Shown here: piece by piece, positions 38,473 through 48,021 of the stretch
Numbering within the stretch: position 1 is the stretch's first letter
How the letters are laid out: every line of letters begins with the position of its first letter
IMG/VR virus record: IMGVR_UViG_3300031951_000121
Location: 3,357 to 67,356 of that record
DNA from: a virus
Direction: 5' to 3' (one strand)
DNA: 64,000 nucleotides
Translations under genes and position numbers: made by a program
Notes under the pieces: model-generated
What the model was told of the DNA's origin: nothing
Database searches by the model: none
Seen by the model: only the letters and a program-made list of their open reading frames with translations

Positions 38473-38922
38473 CTAAATAGGAGCGGGTTCTTCCTCTACG
38501 GGAGGTTCTGGAGTCGGCTCGGGTTCAGGAACAACATCCGCAGGAGTTTCAGGGGCGGGAGCTGGCTCAGGTTCTGGAGTCGGCTCGGGTTCAGGAGCAT
38601 CAGGGATGAAACTTGCCACGGTAGCATTAAATTCCCCTACCTGAGACTTAATCCCCTCAATATCAGCAACTACACCCGCGATCGCGGTTTTGGCGGCATC
38701 AACACCTTCTAGTTGCTCTAACTTTTCCTGGACTTGTGTTAGTTCGGTGGCTACGGTCTGAGAGAGGGTAGCGATCTCGGTTTTCAGTCCCTCTACAGAG
38801 GTTAAAAGAGATTGGACGGATTCAGTTAGCATATCGATTTTATTGGCTAAGGTTTGAACAAGTAAGAGGATTGAATCGATAACTGGAGAATCCAGATCGA
38901 CAGGAATCTTTAGGTATCCCAT
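38473..38922 (-). CDS. coiled-coil protein with a Pro/Glu-rich tail
   Basis: Heptad pattern, PEPEPTPE repeats. Confidence 0.75.
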   Translation of the reverse strand: MGYLKIPVDLDSPVIDSILLLVQTLANKIDMLTESVQSLLTSVEGLKTEIATLSQTVATELTQVQEKLEQLEGVDAAKTAIAGVVADIEGIKSQVGEFNATVASFIPDAPEPEPTPEPEPAPAPETPADVVPEPEPTPEPPVEEEPAPI

Positions 38923-39434
38923 AAGTCAACGTTTTGGGTACTCTTTGATATTACCAAAGGCGACCTCCTCGACTTGCGAAACGGATACTCACGGCGATCG
39001 CTTGCGAGATAACCCATAATGTCTGCAATGTCGTCTGATAGCTCCCCGTTCTTTTTTCCGAGTTCCAGGAGGAGAGCTTCAACCCTCAACTCAAGATTCC
39101 TAAATCTCTCATTTACGTACTTCTCAAGCTCAGGGGTAGCCGCCTCCTGATTATCTATTCTCCTCTCTAGTTTCTCCAACTTTTCCCTAATGTGATCCAT
39201 CGCCTCCGTATTCCTATCTATTGCGCTGATAAAATGCCCCATTTTCCGAAAAACCTTCCACAATCCCCCTAACAACCCGCCTCCTACCGTCAGCGTCACC
39301 CCCGCCGCGATCGCTACCCAATAATCACTAGGTAGGAACATAAAGGCGGCTGGCAACTCAGGAGGAGGGCTGGACGATTGTCCCGTAACCGATAATGTCT
39401 GCATATCAATACCTATAAATACTTGCATACTCAT
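38910..39434 (-). CDS. single-TM coiled-coil protein (lysis-associated candidate)
   Basis: TM segment WVAIAAGVTLTVGGGLLGGLW then a coiled coil. Confidence 0.65.
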   Translation of the reverse strand: MSMQVFIGIDMQTLSVTGQSSSPPPELPAAFMFLPSDYWVAIAAGVTLTVGGGLLGGLWKVFRKMGHFISAIDRNTEAMDHIREKLEKLERRIDNQEAATPELEKYVNERFRNLELRVEALLLELGKKNGELSDDIADIMGYLASDRREYPFRKSRRSPLVISKSTQNVDLWDT

Positions 39435-39559
39435 TCTAACGAGACTAGCAAGAACTAACTCTGTACTATAGTATATTTGCTCAAAACATCTTCCCCGTTT
39501 CTATTGACAGCTACGGGGAATCCTGTTAGATTGAGAGTGTAAAGCAAAGGAGAAAACAA

Positions 39560-39748
39560 ATGGCTACCAAAATTTTTATAGATGACAACACCTTAAATTT
39601 TAACGCTGGCAACCTTGCTAGTGTTGCCGACTACGAGACAGCAGATCGGTGCATTGCCAGTATTTTTGAAGCCTTGGAAGAGGGCGAGGAAATTGAATTA
39701 AAAGAAGGTTTATTTAAAATTGATGATGCGCTAGACATTATCAAATAG
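39560..39748 (+). CDS. small acidic protein
   Basis: TTGACA-N17-TAGATT promoter near 39504, AAGGAG RBS. Confidence 0.75.
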   Translation: MATKIFIDDNTLNFNAGNLASVADYETADRCIASIFEALEEGEEIELKEGLFKIDDALDIIK

Positions 39749-39750
39749 CC

Positions 39751-39817
39751 AACCGAAACCTAGGGGCATCGCCCCGATGGTCTGCCAGATGGCTCAATGC
39801 TGGCACTGATGAGGATT
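39751..39817 (+). ncRNA. hammerhead ribozyme (type II topology)
   Basis: CC-GAAA-CC[hairpin]GG-TC, stem TGCCAG/CTGGCA, CTGATGA-GG; predicted cut after C39782. Confidence 0.78.
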
Positions 39818-39818
39818 T

Positions 39819-40295
39819 ATGTGGATTAAAATCGTTTCCTTGCTCAACAAGGACATACCTTGGTATAAGCCAGAGTATGCAGTCAATAGAAACTTTGACG
39901 AAAGAGCAGATGCAGAAAGATTTATAGCTAAAAAGCTTCTTTCTTTAAGCGAGAATTTCATCCCTAGAGAGGCGGAGTGCATTTTCTATCTGATGGAAGA
40001 TAGCCAGCTTTGGGGAGACAAAGGCATCTGCCTAGGAGTGGGGTTTTTCCCCGAAGACAAAGACCATAAGCTATGTCTGGCACACAAGCCACGACATCTC
40101 GCAAAATTGATATCTAAATCGGTATTTGTTGTCAACCCCGCTCGGGGCAGGCAACAACGGACCTATTACGCGGAGTACCAAGAGGGAAACGTGGAGATCA
40201 GAAAAGAAGAGTATGACTCCCTAGATGTTCCCGCCTATTGGTCGGGAATGGAAACAGGAGGTTCAACCTTCAGATACGGGCGGAAGCCTAACTGA
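39819..40295 (+). CDS. hypothetical protein
   Basis: GAGG RBS overlaps the ribozyme. Confidence 0.7.
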   Translation: MWIKIVSLLNKDIPWYKPEYAVNRNFDERADAERFIAKKLLSLSENFIPREAECIFYLMEDSQLWGDKGICLGVGFFPEDKDHKLCLAHKPRHLAKLISKSVFVVNPARGRQQRTYYAEYQEGNVEIRKEEYDSLDVPAYWSGMETGGSTFRYGRKPN

Positions 40296-40397
40296 CTAAT
40301 CCCCCGCGATCGCGCTCGGTAGCCCTACTAGGTACTAGGTCCGACTCCTAGGCGATCCGCTTGCTCCCTAAACTGTTATTCAGGGGAGCTTAATAAA

Positions 40398-41069
40398 ATG
40401 GAATTAACATTGCGTAACTGTGTAATTATCCCTTCCGCATGGACAGAAGGACAAAGCAAATCGTTTCGGACTCGCAAGGGGATAAGTTATGACGAAGTTT
40501 GCGCGAACTTCATCAGTGATGAAGTTCTAGAAGAATTTCGGGCGCAATTAGACCCGCCATGCCCGCCATCTTTGCAGCCCTTTTTGCAAGAAGGAAATTT
40601 TAAATTTCCTTCGTGGAAAAAACAAACAGACTTAATAAGTGTCACTTGTTACTGGGATGGGAATTTGTCTATCCGTTCAAAACATCCTGATTTAATAATT
40701 CATGGGGAAAGCCCTGCTATCTCTCGAAAGGTAAATAAAACACTTTCTGGTCAATGGTATCAAGAGGAGTGTTTAATGAAGATCGGAAGTGGCAGAGATG
40801 CCGCGAATGCCAAAATAGAGCGGTGGTACGCAGAAGAAATAAAGCGCGTAAATCAAGCCAATGAGGAAAAAGAAAAACTCATAGCTTGTGTAATCCAAGA
40901 ACGCCAAAAATGGTGTGAGATAATTCTGCCTTTAGCGATCAAGAAACAAGATTATCCCGATTATTTCAATCGGACGCGAACCCATAAATCAGGAACGAAC
41001 AGTTACCCATTCGGGACATTCTATCCTCGAAATGCAGGAGGAAAATTTTTCTGGGTTATCTTTAACTAG
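40398..41069 (+). CDS. hypothetical protein
   Basis: GGAG RBS inside a hairpin. Confidence 0.7.
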   Translation: MELTLRNCVIIPSAWTEGQSKSFRTRKGISYDEVCANFISDEVLEEFRAQLDPPCPPSLQPFLQEGNFKFPSWKKQTDLISVTCYWDGNLSIRSKHPDLIIHGESPAISRKVNKTLSGQWYQEECLMKIGSGRDAANAKIERWYAEEIKRVNQANEEKEKLIACVIQERQKWCEIILPLAIKKQDYPDYFNRTRTHKSGTNSYPFGTFYPRNAGGKFFWVIFN

Positions 41070-41071
41070 CG

Positions 41072-41449
41072 ATGGCAGGCTTCAAAATGCAATTCTCCAT
41101 CATCCTAATCCGCTCCTCCTGCGTAGAGGAGTTTTTTGCTTTCCTCACCCAGCACAACCTCGCTGCTGAGGATGAGGGACAGCCCCCGTGGGCTGCTAGT
41201 GTCGTAGGGCGATTTGATATAGCAGGGATTAGTATCACCCGCCTTGCCCTAATTTCAACCGCCCCGCCGCCCGAGGAGCTAGAGATTCCTATTGAGTTTT
41301 CTATGCCCATTCCTGAATCGCGCTATTGTCCTGAGTGTTTTGGAGAAGGGAATTTCAACCCATTACATCCTCACAACAAATCAGGATGGTGTAACAAACA
41401 CCGAGAGAAAAACCCCGAGCGCACTAAACGAAAACTCAAAAAAATTTAA
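41072..41449 (+). CDS. hypothetical protein with a C-terminal Zn-finger
   Basis: CPEC..NKSGWCNKH. Confidence 0.6.
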   Translation: MAGFKMQFSIILIRSSCVEEFFAFLTQHNLAAEDEGQPPWAASVVGRFDIAGISITRLALISTAPPPEELEIPIEFSMPIPESRYCPECFGEGNFNPLHPHNKSGWCNKHREKNPERTKRKLKKI

Positions 41450-41541
41450 CCGCGATCGCGCAGGTTCAAAACCTGCTCCCTTGGGTAGTGCAAGGGCGAT
41501 CCGCTTGCCCTCAAAATTGTTGTTCAGGAGGGTTGAATGAA

Positions 41542-42009
41542 ATGAACATTTTACTGCTCAACCAGGTCAAGCTCCTCCTAGAGGATCGTGGAGGAAAGTA
41601 CGCGCTGTGTTCGCTACACGGCGACAACAACGTTTTAGCTTGGATTCCCAAGCAATGCTTTGTCGTTGAAAAGATAGAGAAACTTTTTGCAAAGAATATC
41701 GATTCTCTGAGTGGTGTAGTGACAAACACACTCATCCAAATATCAAACTACTACACGACAGAGAGGGGCGAACATATCGCACGGGAACTATATTTCCCAC
41801 GCATCAAGGAGACGCTTTTACGCCATCTTGAAACCCAAAAACTCCTCACCCTGTGGGGAAAATCCCAAGGATGGGATGAAGAAATAAATATACACTTCGG
41901 GTACGAAGAAATAAATATACACCAAGGAAATTACAACCGATGGGGGAAAAGTTACCGCGTGTACTATAACGCGCAGAAACTATTCACAGAGATCACAGAT
42001 GTCAAATAA
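41542..42009 (+). CDS. hypothetical protein
   Basis: GGAGG RBS before MNILLL, within ORF 41488-42009. Confidence 0.6.
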   Translation: MNILLLNQVKLLLEDRGGKYALCSLHGDNNVLAWIPKQCFVVEKIEKLFAKNIDSLSGVVTNTLIQISNYYTTERGEHIARELYFPRIKETLLRHLETQKLLTLWGKSQGWDEEINIHFGYEEINIHQGNYNRWGKSYRVYYNAQKLFTEITDVK

Positions 42010-42141
42010 TTTAATTAATTTAATCCGCGATCGCCTTCGGCACTGCTACGTGATCGCATTTTCGGCTCTACTCGGGCTAGAATAGAAAAAGCCCTAGGGT
42101 TACTCCTAGGGCATTAAATGATTACCAAAAAGGATGGATAG

Positions 42142-43347
42142 ATGAAACTAATTACATTTAACACTCGTAATACCTTCATCAAACTTGATTGGGAGATTCT
42201 AGACAAGTGTAAGGATAATTGTACCGCATTACTCCTAGGGTTTTTCCAGTTCAAGGCTAATGGACTGATTTTATGCCAACAGCATCAGTACGCTGAACAC
42301 ATCGTCATTGAGGATGTAACGGTACAGTCCCTAGTCTCGCAGTTCAAAGATACTTTCTGCTACAGAGCGATCGCGCTACGGCTTCAGTACCTGCACGAGA
42401 TGGGATTAGTCCTCAGAATCAAGAGCGAAGCTTCTAAGCTCGGAAGCGTCTATAAGGTTTGCGCGAAAAAAGCCGAGGGCATCCTAGCCGATGATATTCC
42501 CTCTTACCCTGAATGGTACAACGCCTTAAAGCGATCGCGGTCGGCGAAATCCCAGAAAAAGACGGCTCAAAATTTTTTACCCGTTTCTTGTGACATAAAT
42601 CAGAAGAAACGGGATTCAAGTTCTTGTGACATAAGTCAGGAGATTTCTTGTGACATAAGTCAGAAGAACGGCGATCGCACTTATATACCTAAGAAGTTAC
42701 TCTCTCTAGAAGCAAATCAATCCGAGAGAGAGAGCCAAAAACTTTCTGTTCAAAATTCCGGATCGGATCTAGGGTTGGAATCTCCAAACCTCGATCCAGT
42801 TCCAACACTCCTCGCTACGTTTGAGACGATCCCCCCAAACTCAAACGCAGGAACAAGAAAAACCGCTTCGCTTGAAACGGATCGTGATCTAAAGTCTTTC
42901 GCCGATGAGAATGATTTTCATTCTCAAAAACACTCCCCGAAGAAACGGGCTAAAACGGAAGCGATCGCGGTTGATGATGGAATAGACCTAAACGGAAAAC
43001 AAGGGGGCTTAAAACCTCGCCTAGCCACCTTAGAGGAAAGGGAATCAGAGGTAAGGGAAAGGTATCTGGAAGATAACCCGCGATCGCTGTTTGAATCGTT
43101 GACTGAGGAGATTGAATTTGTGCGATGGGCTGAGAAGGAATTAACGCGGTACGAAGGGAATCGCCTTGGATTGCCTAGTATCAGGGCGATTGTCAAGGCT
43201 CTAGCCAAGAATCTCAGAGAAGGGAGCGCAGATGGGGCGGATGCCTTGCGGCTTGATGACTTCAGAGCATTTAAGCAGAAACGAGCCAACCCAGAGCCAG
43301 AACTAGCCACCTCAACTAGAATGCCTCGCAGGAGTTGGCTTGGATAG
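42142..43347 (+). CDS. replication initiator 1 (lambda O-like architecture)
   Basis: N-terminal wHTH-like region, central internal DNA repeats, C-terminal domain paralogous to the ORF ending at 62984. Confidence 0.7.
   Translation: MKLITFNTRNTFIKLDWEILDKCKDNCTALLLGFFQFKANGLILCQQHQYAEHIVIEDVTVQSLVSQFKDTFCYRAIALRLQYLHEMGLVLRIKSEASKLGSVYKVCAKKAEGILADDIPSYPEWYNALKRSRSAKSQKKTAQNFLPVSCDINQKKRDSSSCDISQEISCDISQKNGDRTYIPKKLLSLEANQSERESQKLSVQNSGSDLGLESPNLDPVPTLLATFETIPPNSNAGTRKTASLETDRDLKSFADENDFHSQKHSPKKRAKTEAIAVDDGIDLNGKQGGLKPRLATLEERESEVRERYLEDNPRSLFESLTEEIEFVRWAEKELTRYEGNRLGLPSIRAIVKALAKNLREGSADGADALRLDDFRAFKQKRANPEPELATSTRMPRRSWLG
42585..42663 (+). repeat. three intragenic iterons TTCTTGTGACATAARTCAG
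   Basis: Copies at 42585, 42621 and 42645. Confidence 0.85.
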
Positions 43348-43357
43348 CGATCGCTTT

Positions 43358-43428
43358 AGTCGATTTTCCGACTATAACGGGGTTCTTTTAGACGATTTTC
43401 CGACTAAAGTACAGTCGATTTTCCGACT
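43358..43428. repeat. three copies of iteron AGTCGATTTTCCGACT
   Basis: At 43358, 43390 (1 mismatch) and 43413; same unit as 63704-64000. Confidence 0.92.
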
Positions 43429-43493
43429 AAAACGAGAGAGCGATCACGGTCATGGCGCACGGCTAGGCTGAACAGGAAAGACTAGGAGGAAAA

Positions 43494-43742
43494 ATGTTAG
43501 ATAAGATTATCGAACGAGAGATTAAAAAATCTTTGATAGATGCCGACACGAGAATAAACCCAGATTTTGTCAAGGAGACTAAAGACATGATTACTGGACT
43601 TATTGACGGGCATGAGATCCCTGCTATTCAAAAAGCCGCCTTTATTGATACCGCGATCGCGTTCGCGGTTAAGCATGGGTATGGGGAGATTGTCAGAGAG
43701 GAATTACAAAATCTCTTGAATAAGATCATTAATCGCCCATAA
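43494..43742 (+). CDS. hypothetical protein
   Basis: AGGAGG RBS. Confidence 0.7.
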   Translation: MLDKIIEREIKKSLIDADTRINPDFVKETKDMITGLIDGHEIPAIQKAAFIDTAIAFAVKHGYGEIVREELQNLLNKIINRP

Positions 43743-43815
43743 CATCAGGCAAGCGATCGCGCCTTATCCCCTGATACAGTTTTGGTACGATGGGGAAAAG
43801 TGACTGCGAGAAAAG

Positions 43816-44475
43816 ATGGCAACACCTAACTACGCTCTCCCTGAGATAGTGGTAGGGCAAAGAAACAAGGAAATAACCCATAACACAGCCATCCGATTGA
43901 TTGAGGGCGTGTTAGGGGGGATTGTCGATAAGGATTTAACTACTCCCCCTACCCTAGTTGAAGGGAATGCCTACCTAATCCCTTCGGGGGCATCAGGGGC
44001 ATGGTCAGGAAAGACCAATAATATTGCGATCGCGGTTAATGGAGCGTGGGAATTTATTGAGCCGTCTACTCGGCTCGGGGTAATTTTCGTCAAGGATGAG
44101 TCAAGATTTTATCGCTACAGCGGGACGGTATGGGAAGCCGTAGAGCTTGACTTTACGCTCCCATCGACAATTGATACCATACCAGGATTTATCGAGATTC
44201 CTAGTAATAAAACCTACATAATAGACAGAAAGGTTAAACGGGCTTTTACTATTAATTCCTTTTCGTTTGCTGCTTCCGCAGGAACAGGCACGATCAGCCT
44301 TGCTGTTAACGGCTCAACAATATCAACCGTCAATGCTCTTGCGATCGCTACATCAGAAACGGTGGTTTCTGCCATTAACGTATCTTGCCCCCTAAATGCC
44401 TCATTGACCATCGCGATCAACTCAGTTAGCAGCTTAGCCGATTTGTCTTTCTCTATGGAGGTTGAGTATGCCTAA
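43816..44475 (+). CDS. DUF2793 tail fibre-associated protein
   Basis: GQRNKEITHNTAI, GASGAWSGK..IA..GAWEFIEP. Confidence 0.88.
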   Translation: MATPNYALPEIVVGQRNKEITHNTAIRLIEGVLGGIVDKDLTTPPTLVEGNAYLIPSGASGAWSGKTNNIAIAVNGAWEFIEPSTRLGVIFVKDESRFYRYSGTVWEAVELDFTLPSTIDTIPGFIEIPSNKTYIIDRKVKRAFTINSFSFAASAGTGTISLAVNGSTISTVNALAIATSETVVSAINVSCPLNASLTIAINSVSSLADLSFSMEVEYA

Positions 44476-44677
44476 ATCTTGGTATTATATTGGAGCTACA
44501 GGGCTAGGCACTATTATCAATTACTGCTCATTGGATATTTCTGCTATGCAGTTTTCTGTCCCGTCAGTAGATGTTAATTACTGCTCATTGGATATTTCTG
44601 CTATGCAGTTTTCCGTTACTTCGACAGATATTAACTACTGCCCTTTAGACACTACATCTATGCAATATCAGGCTTAA
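44468..44677 (+). CDS. small virion-type protein with three 19-aa repeats
   Basis: NYCSLDISAMQFSV repeats (57-bp tandem unit). Confidence 0.6.
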   Translation: MPKSWYYIGATGLGTIINYCSLDISAMQFSVPSVDVNYCSLDISAMQFSVTSTDINYCPLDTTSMQYQA

Positions 44678-44680
44678 ATT

Positions 44681-45568
44681 ATGCCATTTACTACCGATTC
44701 AACGGGAAACATTTTCATAGGGGCATCCTACGATATGTCTGTCGCAACCTTCGCTGCCGACTTAGATGCCGCGCTAACTCAGGCTTTTGGTGCGGGCAAT
44801 TATGCGACGCAGAATTTATCTGCTACAAGATCAACGCTGGCAGGGTTTCGATTAGAATTTCGTCCGCAAGGCGTTGGGGAAACATTATCGGGGACAATTA
44901 CCCCGAACACCAATCAGGCTCTATATCGAGAAGACCTTGCAGTTTTGCACGCCAATGCCCGCTTAGGCGTAATCCCCTTTAACTTAAATAGCTCTGGATG
45001 TAGTCAACTTGCTATCAGGGCGGGGGCGAACCCTCTATACGTCACCGCGTCAACAACAAGAACATTAGACAATAACTACACCAGATTTCTTGCCACGATT
45101 ACGCCCAAAGAAATCATTTTTCTTGCTGCCCATACAGATTGGTCGAATAGCATGATTAGCTATATCGGAGTCTTGCAGAATTCATCCACTCCGTTTGGTT
45201 TTCCTGTTAATTGTGCAGGTTTCACCAAGCATTTTGTCAGTAATTCAAGCCACTTTGAGACGTATCTTGCCCCTTGGGTTGACCAGTCAGCAGGAAGTCT
45301 TTTAACACCTAATTACGCCCCCGCTTGCCAAGCAGGGACAGGGACGTTCGGAACTGACCTATGGATGAGCGACTTTGTATTCCGCCATAACAGGGTATTA
45401 AATAATTATCCGTTTATCGGGCATCCTAATAACCTACGAATTGCAGTCGGAGCATCCGTAACAGTTGGGAATCTTTACCGATACCCCGAGGGGTCAGCAA
45501 GTCCTTACTGGCTCTGTATTGGCACAGCTTCATCTGATAAAAAATTGATGATGAGGATTAAAACCTGA
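44681..45568 (+). CDS. putative tail fibre / receptor-binding protein
   Basis: T/S/G/N-rich, in the tail-tip operon. Confidence 0.6.
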   Translation: MPFTTDSTGNIFIGASYDMSVATFAADLDAALTQAFGAGNYATQNLSATRSTLAGFRLEFRPQGVGETLSGTITPNTNQALYREDLAVLHANARLGVIPFNLNSSGCSQLAIRAGANPLYVTASTTRTLDNNYTRFLATITPKEIIFLAAHTDWSNSMISYIGVLQNSSTPFGFPVNCAGFTKHFVSNSSHFETYLAPWVDQSAGSLLTPNYAPACQAGTGTFGTDLWMSDFVFRHNRVLNNYPFIGHPNNLRIAVGASVTVGNLYRYPEGSASPYWLCIGTASSDKKLMMRIKT

Positions 45569-48021
45569 TGAGACTAGAAATAAATGAAGAGGTAGGGCAG
45601 TCAATATCTCTGACCTTTAAAAACGATATTACAACCCGACCTAACGGAGGAGCATCTATTAATGTTCCTACCCGTAATTGTCGTATTGAAATCGACTTTT
45701 CTAAAGCTTTGTTCTATAGCTCGATCGCGGACTACCTTTTTACTTTTCAGCAACAGGTAGGGGGACAAGAGCAGGTATTCCGATTCAGAGATCCGAGTGA
45801 TAACCGTGCTGAATCGGAGGAGTACGATACCGAACTAGGAATAATAACCCAAGGGGTACTTTTACCCGCGCCTGATGGCACTAGGACTGAGTTTCAACTG
45901 TTCAAGCTTTATCAATTAGGAGATAACAAATACTATCGCCCTATCACCCGCCCAACGGGGGAGGATTTAGAAATATTTAAAGACGCGATCGCTACTACTG
46001 GATTCACTCTAGAAGATGAGACGGGGGCAGTCACATTTACCGCCGCGCCGCTAGAGGATGAGGTTTTAACATGGTCAGGAAGTTTTGATATTCCCTGTAG
46101 GTTCGCTGACCCAGTGAATGTCGGAGTAGAAACCTTGGTTTACTACGATGAGGGCGATGATTCCGAGTACCTTTACCAGATGCCCAATCTAAAAGTTATC
46201 GAGGTTAAAGAAGCGATCGCGGTTGAATACGAGAACACGACTGAGAGCCGATACGAGCATGATTTTCAGTTGGATTGGTCGTATAATTCGGTAGTTTATC
46301 CTGTCCATTCAACCGCTATAGATGAGCTAGATAGTGGTTTTGAGAATAGGATAAATCAAGGTATTTCCTCGATGGCGAGGGTATCTACCACGTCTCAAGA
46401 GTTTTACTACCAAAATCAAATAGAGTACCTAATTGGGCTGTATCGGCTCTGCTACGGCACGGGGAGCAGCTTTACTTTTGCCGATACCACTGGCTACACA
46501 AGGAAGGTAATTAACACGGGATTATCCGATGTCTTTACTAACAAAATGCTCGTGAGATTTTCCCAGCCCCTGACCATATCGGTACTCAGAGAAGACGAGA
46601 GCGATCGCAGTGCTGCTTTATTCCGAGTTGGGTCAATGGAATTAAGACAAACTAACGTGCCAGAGGTGTACAGGGAGAGTTTTACGCCGATAGATGGCGA
46701 AGAATACGCCCTGATAGAGGTATATCATGTCTTTGGCAGGTATTTCACTAATTTTGGTCCCGCAGTACAACCCGATAACGTTGAACACGCCTACTGGAGA
46801 ACCTTTTTACCTATTTTAAATTGGGATGGAGGGATTCAAATAACGGGGAGAGAGATTGCAGGAGAGCCCCGATTTCTGACTTCTTTTTATGAACAAAGCG
46901 TGCAATATATCTCAATATCAGAGGAAGAATTTAACGACAACTCTTTTTTTCGATATTCTGGTACTCCCTTCGGCGGGTCGTTTTATTGGACTCCTCCCCC
47001 TCATCCTCCCGCTAACAGCGCGGGTAATCTTCTTCGGGGCAACACCGAAACTATCCACAAAACTGCCAGCCTTACTGATGCCTGTCAAGCTGCTCTAGAC
47101 GCGATCGCGCCCGAGAATTTTACTGTAACCAACATAAGTACAATTCTGACTAATCTCGGTTATTTTGATGCGATCGCGGGACTGGCTACTGAATATAATC
47201 ATTTAACTCGATTAACACAGTGGTGTCATTGTTGGTTAATAACGAGAGAAGACGAGACAGAATTAGGCTTTACTGACCACGATATTACCCTGACAATTGA
47301 CGGAGTGGAGTACGACTGCCAAGCAGGTTTTAATGGAGACGCGATCTCTCTTTCTACCAAGGTTGAGGATAAGAATACCGAGGTTAAATCCTTCTTTACT
47401 GCTACGGTTAATGAGGAGGATGTTCTCAAGGGGAAATATCGTTATGCAAGCATAAAAGTGTTTGCTTACGATTGGCAGAATGGAGAAACTATCAGAGTCT
47501 TATTTAATGGCTATATCTCAGATATAAATCTAGAACATGATGTGAATGGAGCGTTAAGATATACGTTTAGTGCCGTTTCTAATGAGAACCGATTAGAGCA
47601 AAAAGCGACTAGGGTAACTACTCGTACCTGCCCTTATAGATTCGGGGACGCTGACTGTCAAAAAGACTTGACCAATCTAACGGATACCCTAACGGTAACT
47701 AACACTTCTAATTTAGTTTCTAGCAGCAAAATTATTTATGCCCCATCTTTACGAGACGATGGATTTTATAACAACGGAGTTATGACTTTTGAGACAGGCA
47801 ACCTAGCAGGAATATCTAGGGATATTGTCAGTTATGCCAATGGAGTATTCACCCTCTGGCAAGCACTCCCCCTCATACCTTCCGATGGTGATACCTTCAC
47901 CGCGATCGCGGGTTGTGATAAAACTATTGACGATTGCAAGGGATATAATAACTTTGTTAACTTCGGCGGTCAGCCCTATATACCAGGCACAGATCGCCTT
48001 TACAACGGAGCGGATACTTAA
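45568..48021 (+). CDS. fused distal tail (DUF2460-like) and hub (DUF2163/BR0599-like) protein
   Basis: FRFRDPSD, FQLFKLY, GSFDIPCRF; LGFTDHD, CPYRFGDADC, AGCDKT..C..NFGGQPYIPG. Confidence 0.88.
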   Translation: MRLEINEEVGQSISLTFKNDITTRPNGGASINVPTRNCRIEIDFSKALFYSSIADYLFTFQQQVGGQEQVFRFRDPSDNRAESEEYDTELGIITQGVLLPAPDGTRTEFQLFKLYQLGDNKYYRPITRPTGEDLEIFKDAIATTGFTLEDETGAVTFTAAPLEDEVLTWSGSFDIPCRFADPVNVGVETLVYYDEGDDSEYLYQMPNLKVIEVKEAIAVEYENTTESRYEHDFQLDWSYNSVVYPVHSTAIDELDSGFENRINQGISSMARVSTTSQEFYYQNQIEYLIGLYRLCYGTGSSFTFADTTGYTRKVINTGLSDVFTNKMLVRFSQPLTISVLREDESDRSAALFRVGSMELRQTNVPEVYRESFTPIDGEEYALIEVYHVFGRYFTNFGPAVQPDNVEHAYWRTFLPILNWDGGIQITGREIAGEPRFLTSFYEQSVQYISISEEEFNDNSFFRYSGTPFGGSFYWTPPPHPPANSAGNLLRGNTETIHKTASLTDACQAALDAIAPENFTVTNISTILTNLGYFDAIAGLATEYNHLTRLTQWCHCWLITREDETELGFTDHDITLTIDGVEYDCQAGFNGDAISLSTKVEDKNTEVKSFFTATVNEEDVLKGKYRYASIKVFAYDWQNGETIRVLFNGYISDINLEHDVNGALRYTFSAVSNENRLEQKATRVTTRTCPYRFGDADCQKDLTNLTDTLTVTNTSNLVSSSKIIYAPSLRDDGFYNNGVMTFETGNLAGISRDIVSYANGVFTLWQALPLIPSDGDTFTAIAGCDKTIDDCKGYNNFVNFGGQPYIPGTDRLYNGADT

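Noticed and set aside
40330-41480. tRNA genes suggested by T-loop hairpins
   Set aside because: No acceptor, D or anticodon arms; kept only as T-arm-like elements
44510-44670. Repeats in a tail-region gene as a DGR template/variable pair
   Set aside because: Simple in-frame 57-bp tandem repeats; no reverse transcriptase in the window
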